Source of the DNA: a virus
Lineage: Duplodnaviria > Caudoviricetes
Virus record (IMG/VR): IMGVR_UViG_3300043099_000120
Coordinates: 1 to 57,468 of that record
DNA: 57,468 nucleotides
Reading direction: 5' to 3' (one strand)
The notes below the pieces were generated by a model. The model worked only from the letters and a program-made list of their open reading frames with translations. It was not told the DNA's origin and did no database searches. Positions 36,747 to 44,086 of the stretch are shown here, in pieces; positions within the stretch are counted from its first letter, which is position 1, and every line of letters begins with the position of its first letter. Made by a program: the position numbers and the translations under genes.

Positions 36747-37373
36747 TCAGAATGGGATTTCTTCGTCCTGGGTTCTGGCCGGTGCAGGAGCGTCGCGGTT
36801 TTGCCACTCGGGAGACTGCGCGATCTTCTCTTGCAGCGATCGACTGAAGGTTGCATACATGGCCATGTCTGGCGCGGCAAGTGAGAAGAGTCCCAATTCG
36901 TTGTGCCCTTCAGGAAGTCCAGCACGTTTGATGGAAGGGGGAACTGGGGAAACCGCAACGACGTTGCTGTATTCCTTACCGTTCTTTCCGGGGGTTCTGG
37001 CAACGGTCAACATGCACCACTGGCCAAGGATGTTCTTGAGCACGAACCCTTTGCGTTCCTCGGCAGTGAAGTCCCGGCTTCTCCAGGAGGCCAGATCAGC
37101 GCGGAGCGTAGCTTTGTCTCCCAGGTCGTTGGTGTAGTTCTTCGAGATGGACATCGGCTCGCCCTTCGTTGTCAACAGCGGCTTGCCATCATCGTCTTCC
37201 GAGTAGATTTCCCACTGGATCATGATCTTGTGCAGATGCTTGACGCGATCCTGCCAGACCGATTTTTGAGTCCCGAGATCAACGATCCGGTAGCACCGGG
37301 CTAGATGCATGCCGGCAGGCACGGGGATGAAATCACTCACTCGTCCGCTGCTATTGTCACGTGCGATCAACAT
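36747..37373 (-). CDS. SSB-like replication protein (NGO0469-like family)
   Basis: PAGMHLARCYRIVDLGTQ...KATLRADLASWR...LGQWCML; acidic-aromatic tail DEEIPF as in single-stranded DNA-binding proteins. Confidence 0.7.
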   Translation of the reverse strand: MLIARDNSSGRVSDFIPVPAGMHLARCYRIVDLGTQKSVWQDRVKHLHKIMIQWEIYSEDDDGKPLLTTKGEPMSISKNYTNDLGDKATLRADLASWRSRDFTAEERKGFVLKNILGQWCMLTVARTPGKNGKEYSNVVAVSPVPPSIKRAGLPEGHNELGLFSLAAPDMAMYATFSRSLQEKIAQSPEWQNRDAPAPARTQDEEIPF

Positions 37374-37515
37374 TTTTGATTCTCCTGAGTCCGCATTCAA
37401 AGTAGATGATTTGCCAATCCTCTTCTTGAGCCGTTCCATCTTCGGCGCGTATGAGGGCGTCTTCCAGTCTCTGTTGTCTTTCAAGCATCAGTTGGTGCAT
37501 TTCTCCTTGATCCAT
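37357..37515 (-). CDS. Hypothetical protein (52 aa)
   Basis: AAGGAG RBS inside an ACAGCGAAGGA box; MDQGEMHQLMLERQQRLEDAL... Confidence 0.75.
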   Translation of the reverse strand: MDQGEMHQLMLERQQRLEDALIRAEDGTAQEEDWQIIYFECGLRRIKNVDRT

Positions 37516-37541
37516 CGCTACTCCTTCGCTGTGGAGGCTCA

Positions 37542-37570
37542 AGCATACATCATCTAATGCAGGATTACAA
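37542..37570 (-). promoter_or_regulatory. Sigma70-type leftward promoter
   Basis: On the minus strand TTGTAA-N17-TATGCT, upstream of the 37515 ORF and divergent from the Cro-like gene. Confidence 0.6.
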
Positions 37571-37591
37571 GCGATGGTGTAAGCTACGGTT

Positions 37592-37804
37592 ATGGAGGAC
37601 ACCATGACTTTACGAGACCTGTTGAAGACGATGCCCCGCGGAGCGCAGAAAGAACTAGCGTTGCTGCTCGGGATTACGCAGACCTGGATGACGCTGATCG
37701 TCAATGGTCACGCACGGCCGAGCGCGGAGCTGGCAGCGAAGATTGCTGATGCGACCGATGGCAAGGTGACGCTGAAAGACCTACGGCCGGATCTCTTCGC
37801 ATGA
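37592..37804 (+). CDS. Cro/YdaS-like HTH regulator (start may be 37604)
   Basis: QKELALLLGITQTWMTLIVNG..RPS...IADATDGKVTLKDLRPDLF; GGAGG RBS before 37604. Confidence 0.85.
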   Translation: MEDTMTLRDLLKTMPRGAQKELALLLGITQTWMTLIVNGHARPSAELAAKIADATDGKVTLKDLRPDLFA

Positions 37805-38118
37805 ACTGGTACAAGTTCCCGGTTGTCGACTACCGCAAGATTGCTGCCGAGTTGCCAGATGCGGAAGATCTGGCCTTTCGCCGGATGATGGATCTGTACT
37901 ACCTGCGCAAGGGGCCGCTGCCGCTCGATCAAGACGAGCTGGTGCGCGAGATCCGACTCGACTGGGATTGCATCGAGCCGGTGCTTTATGGGTTCTTCAC
38001 GCGGACCCCTGACGGCTGGCTGAACGACTACCTTCAGGCGGATGTTATGCGCAGGATCAAGCGGTCAGAGACAAACAGCCAAAGCGGTCGGCGTGGCGGT
38101 CGGCCAAAGAAGGCTTGA
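37801..38118 (+). CDS. YdaU/DUF1376-family protein (N-terminal domain of a replication initiator)
   Basis: MNWYKF...DY...EDLAFRRMMDLYY...PLP...VL..FF...GW.N...GGRPKK. Confidence 0.85.
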   Translation: MNWYKFPVVDYRKIAAELPDAEDLAFRRMMDLYYLRKGPLPLDQDELVREIRLDWDCIEPVLYGFFTRTPDGWLNDYLQADVMRRIKRSETNSQSGRRGGRPKKA

Positions 38119-38143
38119 CAGTACGCAGACACGGCTATAAGAT
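38115..38143 (+). promoter_or_regulatory. Strong sigma70-type promoter
   Basis: TTGACA (38115-20)-N17-TAAGAT (38138-43). Confidence 0.8.
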
Positions 38144-38149
38144 TGGATC

Positions 38150-38254
38150 TGTTGGCGTAGGAACCGACATCAATAGAACCCTTGCTCATGCATCCTGCCC
38201 AGTCCCTCCGGTCTGGGTTCCTACCAGGGTGCAGCAGCAAGGGTTTTTTGTTTT
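38150..38254 (+). ncRNA. Leader RNA/attenuator: small hairpin plus long terminator-like hairpin with complementary 9-mers (C4/CI antisense-target-like)
   Basis: tgttgg/ccgaca hairpin carrying GTAGGAACC (38157-65); its reverse complement GGTTCCTAC (38216-24) sits inside the stem aacccttgct/agcaagggtt, which is followed by a T tract. Confidence 0.6.
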
Positions 38255-38264
38255 CTACGTTAGC

Positions 38265-38500
38265 CGTTCCCCTCACGATAGCGAGAGCCTGCATGGGCTG
38301 CGAGGGAGGAAACACCGGCCAATCTTCACCCTGATTGCGTGCCGACCAGCCTGTCTGCGAGGGACTGGTGTAGACGCTTGGGACAGCGGTGGTAGACCAC
38401 CCAGGCATCGAAACAATCGCAGCCTCCGGGTGCTCTGGCTTTGTCACAGGATGACAGTAGCGGGAGAGGTGGGAAACCAGTCATGGGCTCCACCCTGGGG
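38265..38500 (+). ncRNA. Candidate multi-stem structured RNA or structured replication origin
   Basis: Long-range helices agagc/gctct and ggctgcga/tcgcagcc enclose several hairpins; the region has no convincing CDS. Confidence 0.5.
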
Positions 38501-38611
38501 ATGTCATGTTCAAAGTCCATGAAAACTATCAACATCCGAATCCCGATAAATAAAAATCAACGCCAAGAACAAGAAACCCGGTTACAGTCAGCTCTGTAAC
38601 AAGGAGATCCA

Positions 38612-38920
38612 ATGAAACCTGATGACGTAAGCGATGAATGTTGGGCCGACTTCCTCGAACATCGGCGCAAGAAGCGAGCGATTGTCACGGCGCGTGTAGT
38701 CCGGTCCATTCGAGTGGAAGCCGAAAAGGCCGGTTATACCCTAGAGGCTGCATTAGATCATTGCGTGATGATGGGTTGGCAGGGGTTCAGGGCCGACTGG
38801 GTCAAGGCTAAAACCGAAAAAGAGCGGACGCTTGACTTTTTGTACGGGCGAACAGGGCAGGATCGGACTATTGACGTTTTTGATTGGGAAGTGATCAATG
38901 ACAAACCACCGCTACTTTAA
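38612..38920 (+). CDS. Replication-initiator C-terminal-like domain protein
   Basis: AAGGAG RBS; PDDVSDECWADFLEHRRKKRA.VT...EAEKAG..LE.AL......GWQGF.ADW. Confidence 0.7.
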   Translation: MKPDDVSDECWADFLEHRRKKRAIVTARVVRSIRVEAEKAGYTLEAALDHCVMMGWQGFRADWVKAKTEKERTLDFLYGRTGQDRTIDVFDWEVINDKPPLL

Positions 38921-39446
38921 TCGCATTATGGAACGGTTCGGGGTGTTGTTCGGCCATCAGAAGATGGCGGCAGTCTTTCAGGGTGCTGATGACGCGACAG
39001 CGCAAGCCTGGGAGGTCCACCTGCGGTCGACTGATCCTGAAGTAATTCGTAAGGCGTTGGAGTCTCTTGCGACCAACCCGCCAGACTGGCCACCGGCGCT
39101 TGGTGAGTTCATCAAGCTTTGCAAGCAGATGAATCGCCCGGAGCACCGTGTCGCGCTTCCGCCGCCGCGGTTTGAGCCGACGGAGGAGGGCCGCAAGCTT
39201 CAGGCCGAGATCATGTCGTCGATCACTAAGTCGAACTATGACTACCTGTATTGGGCCAAGCGGCCTGGATCTGCGAGAGCGGTTGCGCTGTTGGTTCGAG
39301 GCGCTCGGGAGGATCGTAGACTGAGGGATATTCTGGATCACCTGATAGCCACCGATGGACACGACTGCCGACGAGACGATGCTCGACAAGCGATCCGAAG
39401 CCTTTCGGCATCAATGCGAAGTCAGGTGGCTTTTGCGCAAGGCTGA
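38898..39446 (+). CDS. Helicase-loader-like protein (lambda P-like position)
   Basis: W...L......I..AL......DWPPALGEF...C motif, directly after the initiator-like gene. Confidence 0.6.
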   Translation: MTNHRYFNRIMERFGVLFGHQKMAAVFQGADDATAQAWEVHLRSTDPEVIRKALESLATNPPDWPPALGEFIKLCKQMNRPEHRVALPPPRFEPTEEGRKLQAEIMSSITKSNYDYLYWAKRPGSARAVALLVRGAREDRRLRDILDHLIATDGHDCRRDDARQAIRSLSASMRSQVAFAQG

Positions 39447-39588
39447 CAGAGCAAAAGACAAGAAGGCTGCGACGTATGACTACATCGGACTGGTGCGGGC
39501 GGCTCGAGGCGATGATGCGGCGGACAAGTTGTTGAGAGATACGAGAGAACAATGGGCCAAAGGGAACAGGGGCGACGGATGGAAATAA
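39379..39588 (+). CDS. Hypothetical protein
   Basis: SEAFRHQCEVRWLL...RG..AADKL.RD...QW..GNRG..G.W; overlaps both neighbours. Confidence 0.7.
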   Translation: MLDKRSEAFRHQCEVRWLLRKADRAKDKKAATYDYIGLVRAARGDDAADKLLRDTREQWAKGNRGDGWK

Positions 39589-39923
39589 CCTTGCCATGGC
39601 CACCGTCAGTCAATACGTACTGGCGGACCTTCCGCGGTCGGATGCTGATCAGCGCCCATGGCCGCGAGTACCGCACCGCGGTAGCGGAGCAAGTGATGAT
39701 GCAGCGAGGGGCGATGCATTACACCGCGCCGCTCAAAGTCACGATCGAAGCCTGGAGGCCAGACCGCCGGAAGCGGGATCTCGACAACCTGCTGAAAGCT
39801 GCTCTGGACTCGCTCGCGCACGCCGGGGTATTCGAGGACGACTCGCAGATTGTGGACCTACGGATCTACTGGGCTCCGAACATCGGCGGGATGCTCAAAG
39901 TAACGATTGAGGAAGTGCAATGA
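39579..39923 (+). CDS. rusA: RusA family Holliday junction resolvase
   Basis: LPWPPSVNTYWR, PDRRKRDLDNLLKAALDSL, FEDDSQI. Confidence 0.92.
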   Translation: MEITLPWPPSVNTYWRTFRGRMLISAHGREYRTAVAEQVMMQRGAMHYTAPLKVTIEAWRPDRRKRDLDNLLKAALDSLAHAGVFEDDSQIVDLRIYWAPNIGGMLKVTIEEVQ

Positions 39924-40129
39924 ACGAAGCAAAACCGTTGATGGTGCGGTGGTTCAAAGGCGGTAAGGGGTTAGTCGGGGTGGTGAAATGCGAGCTCGAA
40001 GATGGCACGATTGAGTACCGCATCGGCGCGGTTGACGGGTTCATGGAAAAGATGGATGTCTTGCAACTAGTTGCCTGGGGCGCGGAGTTCCCGAAGGCCG
40101 CGGGCGACGCACTTATGAAAGCGAAGTGA
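39920..40129 (+). CDS. Hypothetical protein
   Basis: ATGA-coupled 69-aa ORF with an RBS. Confidence 0.7.
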   Translation: MNEAKPLMVRWFKGGKGLVGVVKCELEDGTIEYRIGAVDGFMEKMDVLQLVAWGAEFPKAAGDALMKAK

Positions 40130-40130
40130 T

Positions 40131-40454
40131 ATGGAAAATCCAGAACGAGCGATCGAGTACATCTTTGCGCATGGCAAGAAGCTGGCGAAAGCGAAGGCGG
40201 AACGAATCTATCTCGAGGAGTACCGCAAAAGTTTGAAGGCGATCCTGATGAAGAAAAGCGGCGAACAGACCTCGGCCGCTCAGGAGCGCGAGGCTTACAG
40301 TCACCCGGACTACCGCGAGCTGCTGAACGGGCTCAAGGAAGCGGTCGAGGTTGAAGAAGAGATTCGTTGGGGGCTGGTCGCTGCGCAAGCAAGGATTGAG
40401 GTCTGGCGGTCGCTCGAGGCGACCAATCGGATCGAAGGTAAGTCGACACTGTAG
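40131..40454 (+). CDS. Conserved helical phage protein
   Basis: AKAKAERIYLEEYRKS...AAQEREAYSHPDY...IEVWRS; in operon. Confidence 0.75.
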   Translation: MENPERAIEYIFAHGKKLAKAKAERIYLEEYRKSLKAILMKKSGEQTSAAQEREAYSHPDYRELLNGLKEAVEVEEEIRWGLVAAQARIEVWRSLEATNRIEGKSTL

Positions 40455-40462
40455 GAGGCAAC

Positions 40463-40630
40463 ATGGAACAGCAAGAGCCCAAATCACTCTGGGGCAGGCC
40501 CTGGACTCGAGGCGCTGACGTCCAGGCGGTCTGGAAGCGGTTCGGCTGGCGGCCGCCTAGCGAGTATCGGGACGATTTTTTGTTCAAGCAAAACCGGGAG
40601 GCGCAGGGAGGCGACGATGTACGACGCTGA
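40463..40630 (+). CDS. Hypothetical protein (55 aa); absent from the ORF track
   Basis: AGGAGG RBS; MEQQEPKSLWGRPWTRGADVQAVWKRFGWRPPSE... Confidence 0.7.
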   Translation: MEQQEPKSLWGRPWTRGADVQAVWKRFGWRPPSEYRDDFLFKQNREAQGGDDVRR

Positions 40631-40781
40631 AGAAGAGGCATGGAGGGAACTGGCGCGTAAGCAAGAGCAGCAGCGGCTGGACGAAGCGCTCGAAAGGTTC
40701 ATCAACGACTACAAGCCGGAAGCCTCGCCTTCCCTAATTAGGGTGGCGTTCGAGGCCGGGTGGAGGGCAGCGAAAGAATGA
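40617..40781 (+). CDS. Hypothetical protein (54 aa); absent from the ORF track
   Basis: GGAGG RBS; MYDAEEEAWRELARKQ...AFEAGWRAAKE; its stop overlaps the next ATG. Confidence 0.7.
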   Translation: MYDAEEEAWRELARKQEQQRLDEALERFINDYKPEASPSLIRVAFEAGWRAAKE

Positions 40782-41125
40782 AGAGAGCAGAAAAAATCCA
40801 CCTATCGCGGGTGGCGGAACTAGGTTGTGCCGTCTGCCGGCGGCTGGGGCATGAGGGAACCCCCGCGGAGATACACCATTTAAGGGCCGGAACAGGGGCT
40901 GGGAGGCGCTCAAGCCACTGGGATGCTATCCCACTATGTCCGGAGCATCACAGAGGCTCCACGGGCCTCCATGGGCTCGGCACGAAAGGGTTCCCAAAGC
41001 ACTGGGGGTTCGATGAGCATGAGCTGCTGCAAGACACGGTGAAGTTGATAGAGGATGCCTATGGACCCCTACCTAGTCGATTAAAAACTTTTTTGCCAGG
41101 GGTTCACACAAGCGCGGAAAAGTAA
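40778..41125 (+). CDS. Ref-like (RecA-dependent) HNH nuclease
   Basis: RVAELGCAVC...PAEIHHLR.G.G...R......IPLCPEHHR...GLH. Confidence 0.8.
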   Translation: MKRAEKIHLSRVAELGCAVCRRLGHEGTPAEIHHLRAGTGAGRRSSHWDAIPLCPEHHRGSTGLHGLGTKGFPKHWGFDEHELLQDTVKLIEDAYGPLPSRLKTFLPGVHTSAEK

Positions 41126-41133
41126 GGCAGAAT
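41078..41133 (+). promoter_or_regulatory. Repeated early promoter module, copy 1
   Basis: CGAT..AAAA, then TCACAC 26 nt after CGAT, N18, CAGAAT. Confidence 0.6.
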
Positions 41134-41181
41134 TACATCAACGACATCGCAGTGATGTCGACAACAGCGAAAGAAAGCGAA

Positions 41182-41463
41182 ATGATCACTACCACCCGCA
41201 TCGATGAGCTCGGCGCTCTCTTGGCTCAGATCAAAACCCTGACGGCTAAGGCCGAGGCAATCAAGGTCGACATCAAAGAAGAGGCCTCGATGACTGGCCA
41301 GAAGCTTTGGGACGGCGAGTCGTATGCTGCGTCCTACAGCGAGTCGAATGTCTCGACCGTCAACTGGAAGGCTCTGGCCAAAGAGCTCGCGATCCCCGCG
41401 GAGTTGATCGCAAAGCATACGAGCACCTCCGCCCGTTACACGGTTAAGTGCGAGGAGAAGTGA
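41182..41463 (+). CDS. Hypothetical early protein
   Basis: ACAGCGAAAGA box before ATG 41182; IDELGALLAQIKTL...VNWKALA. Confidence 0.75.
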   Translation: MITTTRIDELGALLAQIKTLTAKAEAIKVDIKEEASMTGQKLWDGESYAASYSESNVSTVNWKALAKELAIPAELIAKHTSTSARYTVKCEEK

Positions 41464-41464
41464 G

Positions 41465-41644
41465 ATGAGCCCCAAACAACTGCTGATGATTGCTCAGGCC
41501 CTCCGGGCCTTGAGCGAGGTGGCCAACAGCCGTGAAGCGGTGGTCTTCAACGCGGTGACCGAGGCCTTGCGCAACCAGGGCATCAACTACAGCGACGTAG
41601 TTTCAGCGAAGACTATCGTCAACCTGGAGATGAATCGTGAATGA
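41465..41644 (+). CDS. Hypothetical protein (59 aa); absent from the ORF track
   Basis: MSPKQLLMIAQALRALSEVANSREAVVFNAV...; GAGGAG upstream. Confidence 0.65.
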   Translation: MSPKQLLMIAQALRALSEVANSREAVVFNAVTEALRNQGINYSDVVSAKTIVNLEMNRE

Positions 41645-41765
41645 ATGGCGCTCACGTCATGACAGGAAGGTCCGCGACACGTCGTGGATCAATCTTGTGC
41701 AGGGTGCAGTCATCGCTGCGATCTTTTACATTTTTGTGGTCATCGTGTTCTCGGTGGAGATATGA
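41637..41765 (+). CDS. Small single-TM membrane peptide (42 aa)
   Basis: GTG start; MNEWRSRHDRKVRDTSWINLVQGAVIAAIFYIFVVIVFSVEI; stop overlaps the next ATG. Confidence 0.6.
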   Translation: MNEWRSRHDRKVRDTSWINLVQGAVIAAIFYIFVVIVFSVEI

Positions 41766-41920
41766 ACGAGGATTACATCACCGGCTGGAAGGACGGGCAT
41801 CAGTGGGCGCTCGCGGAGATGCGGGACTACCTGCTACAGCTGCCCGAAGAGGAGGCCTGGGTGCTGTTGCAGTGTTTGTTCGCGCTCACCCCGCCGCCCG
41901 CCAACAAGCTTCCGAACTGA
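41762..41920 (+). CDS. Hypothetical protein (52 aa)
   Basis: GGAG RBS; MNEDYITGWKDGHQWAL... Confidence 0.65.
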   Translation: MNEDYITGWKDGHQWALAEMRDYLLQLPEEEAWVLLQCLFALTPPPANKLPN

Positions 41921-41938
41921 CTATCGCATCGCGGTTAG

Positions 41939-41994
41939 CGATAGAAAAAATTGTTGCCACCACCTCACACAAACCGCTACGGGTAGGGCATAAT
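41939..41994 (+). promoter_or_regulatory. Repeated early promoter module, copy 2
   Basis: CGATAGAAAAAA, then TCACAC (41965)-N18-CATAAT (41989). Confidence 0.65.
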
Positions 41995-42028
41995 TCTGTT
42001 CACCAACTCAACAGCGAAGGACAGCGAA

Positions 42029-42256
42029 ATGGAATTCAGTTCACGTGTTTGCGGCATCCCCTGCATCATCGAGGCGGAAGTGTTTGTGTCCAGCCCAACC
42101 TACGGTGACTCAAGTGCAGATGACTGCTGGGGCTACACCGACATCGAGTCGTGGCGCGTCCTGGACCGCAACGGTCGGCCGGCTCCCTGGCTCGAGCGCA
42201 AGCTCAACCAGAGCGAGATCGAGCGCATCGAATCCGAAATCTACCGCCGCGCTTAA
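42029..42256 (+). CDS. Hypothetical early protein
   Basis: ACAGCGAAGGA box; VCGIPC...VLDRNGRPAPWLERKL. Confidence 0.75.
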   Translation: MEFSSRVCGIPCIIEAEVFVSSPTYGDSSADDCWGYTDIESWRVLDRNGRPAPWLERKLNQSEIERIESEIYRRA

Positions 42257-42266
42257 GGGGAACGAC

Positions 42267-42461
42267 ATGCACTTCTGCGACTACATTGCGAGCGTGATCA
42301 AGCGCACCGTCCTGGTCTTCGATCAGGACCAGATCATCAAAGCGGTCGGTCCGGTCGACTATGACCTCGACAAGTTCGGTGCAATGAAGAGCACTAACAA
42401 AACGATCGATGTCCAGGACATCAACGGTCAAAAGTACCGTATCACTGTGGAGGCTTTGTGA
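42267..42461 (+). CDS. Hypothetical protein
   Basis: AAGGGG RBS; MHFCDYIA...KYRITVEAL. Confidence 0.7.
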   Translation: MHFCDYIASVIKRTVLVFDQDQIIKAVGPVDYDLDKFGAMKSTNKTIDVQDINGQKYRITVEAL

Positions 42462-42838
42462 TGGAGTTTTTTGATTCAGAACATCAAAACAAGGCCTGCC
42501 GGGCCTTGCTTGCGAACGTGGTGCTCCTAGCGCTGGCAGACGCGTGTTCGGAACCGACAACGAAGCGAATCAAGATCGGCAAGGCAATCCCGACAGATCA
42601 GTACACCGCGATGCGGTTCCTGTTCGACAAGACTGAGTCGGGTGTTGATGTCTACGCGCTTTGGTTGGATTTCGATTGCGACCAGTTTCGTGAGCGGCTG
42701 TTAAAGACGATGGCAAACAACGGGCCGTTGAACATCAACGGATTCACGCCGCTCCAGCGGCGGAACTTTAGGTTCAACTACCGTCAGTGGTTGGCCAATC
42801 AAAACCTAGAACTTGTGGAAGAGGAAAACGATGATTGA
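42458..42838 (+). CDS. Hypothetical protein
   Basis: ACRALLANVVLLALADA...AMRFLF; coupled to both neighbours. Confidence 0.7.
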   Translation: MMEFFDSEHQNKACRALLANVVLLALADACSEPTTKRIKIGKAIPTDQYTAMRFLFDKTESGVDVYALWLDFDCDQFRERLLKTMANNGPLNINGFTPLQRRNFRFNYRQWLANQNLELVEEENDD

Positions 42839-42998
42839 TTGGGCAGAGGGGCATCACGAACTGAAGCGGCTGGTCTCGCAACTGTATGAGCAGATGCTGA
42901 CCGGCAACTTTCAGAAGGCAATCGAGACCTGCGACAAGATTGTGGTCGAGGCCAGGATGACTCGAGCGAAGATCGGAGCTCAGACCAATGAGTCTTGA
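42831..42998 (+). CDS. Hypothetical protein
   Basis: GAGGA RBS; MIDWAEGHHELKRL... Confidence 0.7.
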   Translation: MIDWAEGHHELKRLVSQLYEQMLTGNFQKAIETCDKIVVEARMTRAKIGAQTNES

Positions 42999-43215
42999 CG
43001 CAATGAAGCAGGAGCTTGTCTGCGTGTGTGGCGCAATTTGGGAAGGTCAAGAGCTTGTCTCAACCCCGCCACCGCGCCAATGGCAAGGACTGACGTATGA
43101 GGAGATCGGCAGTTTATGGGATGGTCATGTTGTGCCAGTGTTTGGCAAAAACGGTATCAATCCAATCGTATTTGCCCGAGCCATCGAAGCAAAACTTAGG
43201 GAGAAGAACACATGA
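42988..43215 (+). CDS. Modular hypothetical protein (WQGLT..E / EAKL.EKN family)
   Basis: Shares C-terminal module boundaries with 43212-43874. Confidence 0.7.
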   Translation: MSLDAMKQELVCVCGAIWEGQELVSTPPPRQWQGLTYEEIGSLWDGHVVPVFGKNGINPIVFARAIEAKLREKNT

Positions 43216-43874
43216 CTGACAAAGAACTGATGCAGCAGGCGCTGATGGCGCTGGAAGAAGGCATGACAAGTAAAGAGTGGCGCGAACTGGTCAAAGCCCT
43301 GCGAGATAGGCTGGCGCAGCCGGAGCAGGAGCCGTTTTGCTATCACGATGGGCGCGATATTGTCGGCAAGGAGTACGCAGACCATTCGGATGTTTTCCCT
43401 CTCTATACATCTCCAAATCCGGAACAGCAGAAGCCTGTGAGATTCAATTGCACCGTGATTGATGACGCCCACCTGAATGGTGTGCCGCTGAGTCAGTGGG
43501 GGAAACAACATGAAATGCAACCCTGCGCCGGACGCAACTGCGGCAGCACCAACCCCAACCTGCATTCGGCTGAGTGCTTTGAGGACTACGAGAAGTCAAC
43601 GGGAATGGCGCAGCCAGAGCAAAAGCCGGTGGCATGGCGATGGAAAGAGCGTATTAACAATGACTTCGATAGTTGGGTTATTACTTCCTCGGAGCCACCG
43701 CCTTATGCGGTTGAAAGACAACCCCTCTACACCGCACCGCGCAAATGGCAAGGGCTGACGGATGAGGAGATGGATGAGATGCGTCAAGAGTCCAGGCTAA
43801 ATTTCGTGACACTGAGAGAGTTTAGGGTGGTTGCTAGGACTGTTGAAGCAAAACTGAAGGAGAAGAACGCGTGA
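43212..43874 (+). CDS. Mosaic modular protein with AQPEQ.P, PLYT and WQGLT boundary motifs
   Basis: Repeated linkers AQPEQEP, PEQQKPV, AQPEQKPVAW, and PLYT twice. Confidence 0.75.
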   Translation: MTDKELMQQALMALEEGMTSKEWRELVKALRDRLAQPEQEPFCYHDGRDIVGKEYADHSDVFPLYTSPNPEQQKPVRFNCTVIDDAHLNGVPLSQWGKQHEMQPCAGRNCGSTNPNLHSAECFEDYEKSTGMAQPEQKPVAWRWKERINNDFDSWVITSSEPPPYAVERQPLYTAPRKWQGLTDEEMDEMRQESRLNFVTLREFRVVARTVEAKLKEKNA

Positions 43875-44086
43875 GCCCGCAGCAGCGGTTCATGTTGCGC
43901 ATGTTCGATCAGGGCTGGGGCTTCCGGCTTTTCAACGAGCGCCGCGGCAGCTGGAACACGTATTGGTCGTTGAAGCGCAACGGCTACATCAAGACAAAAC
44001 CCGCGGTCGAGCACGCCGGGAAACCGGTGGTCATGGCAGAGCTGACAGAGCGGGGCAAAAGAGCGATCATTCAGGAGGCGAAATGA
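43871..44086 (+). CDS. Hypothetical protein, winged-helix-like C-terminus
   Basis: SLKRNGYI...ELTERGKRA. Confidence 0.6.
   Translation: MSPQQRFMLRMFDQGWGFRLFNERRGSWNTYWSLKRNGYIKTKPAVEHAGKPVVMAELTERGKRAIIQEAK

Noticed and set aside
38265-38500. tRNA, tmRNA or group I/II intron
   Set aside because: I could not find a T-loop/CCA end, tag peptide, group I core or group II domain V; the upstream gene has a clean stop and the downstream gene its own RBS.
38115-38522. 135-aa + strand ORF and overlapping minus-strand ORFs
   Set aside because: TTG start inside the -35 box, no RBS, atypical composition; it crosses a terminator and the structured region.
38519-38599. 26-aa ORF MKTINIRIPINKNQRQEQETRLQSAL
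   Set aside because: Weak RBS and very short; equally explained as an A-rich origin-like or remnant linker sequence.
40767-40780. Sixth ACAGCG box (gcagcgaaagaATG) before the Ref-like gene
   Set aside because: Only a partial match, inside the upstream coding sequence, with different spacing; may be chance.
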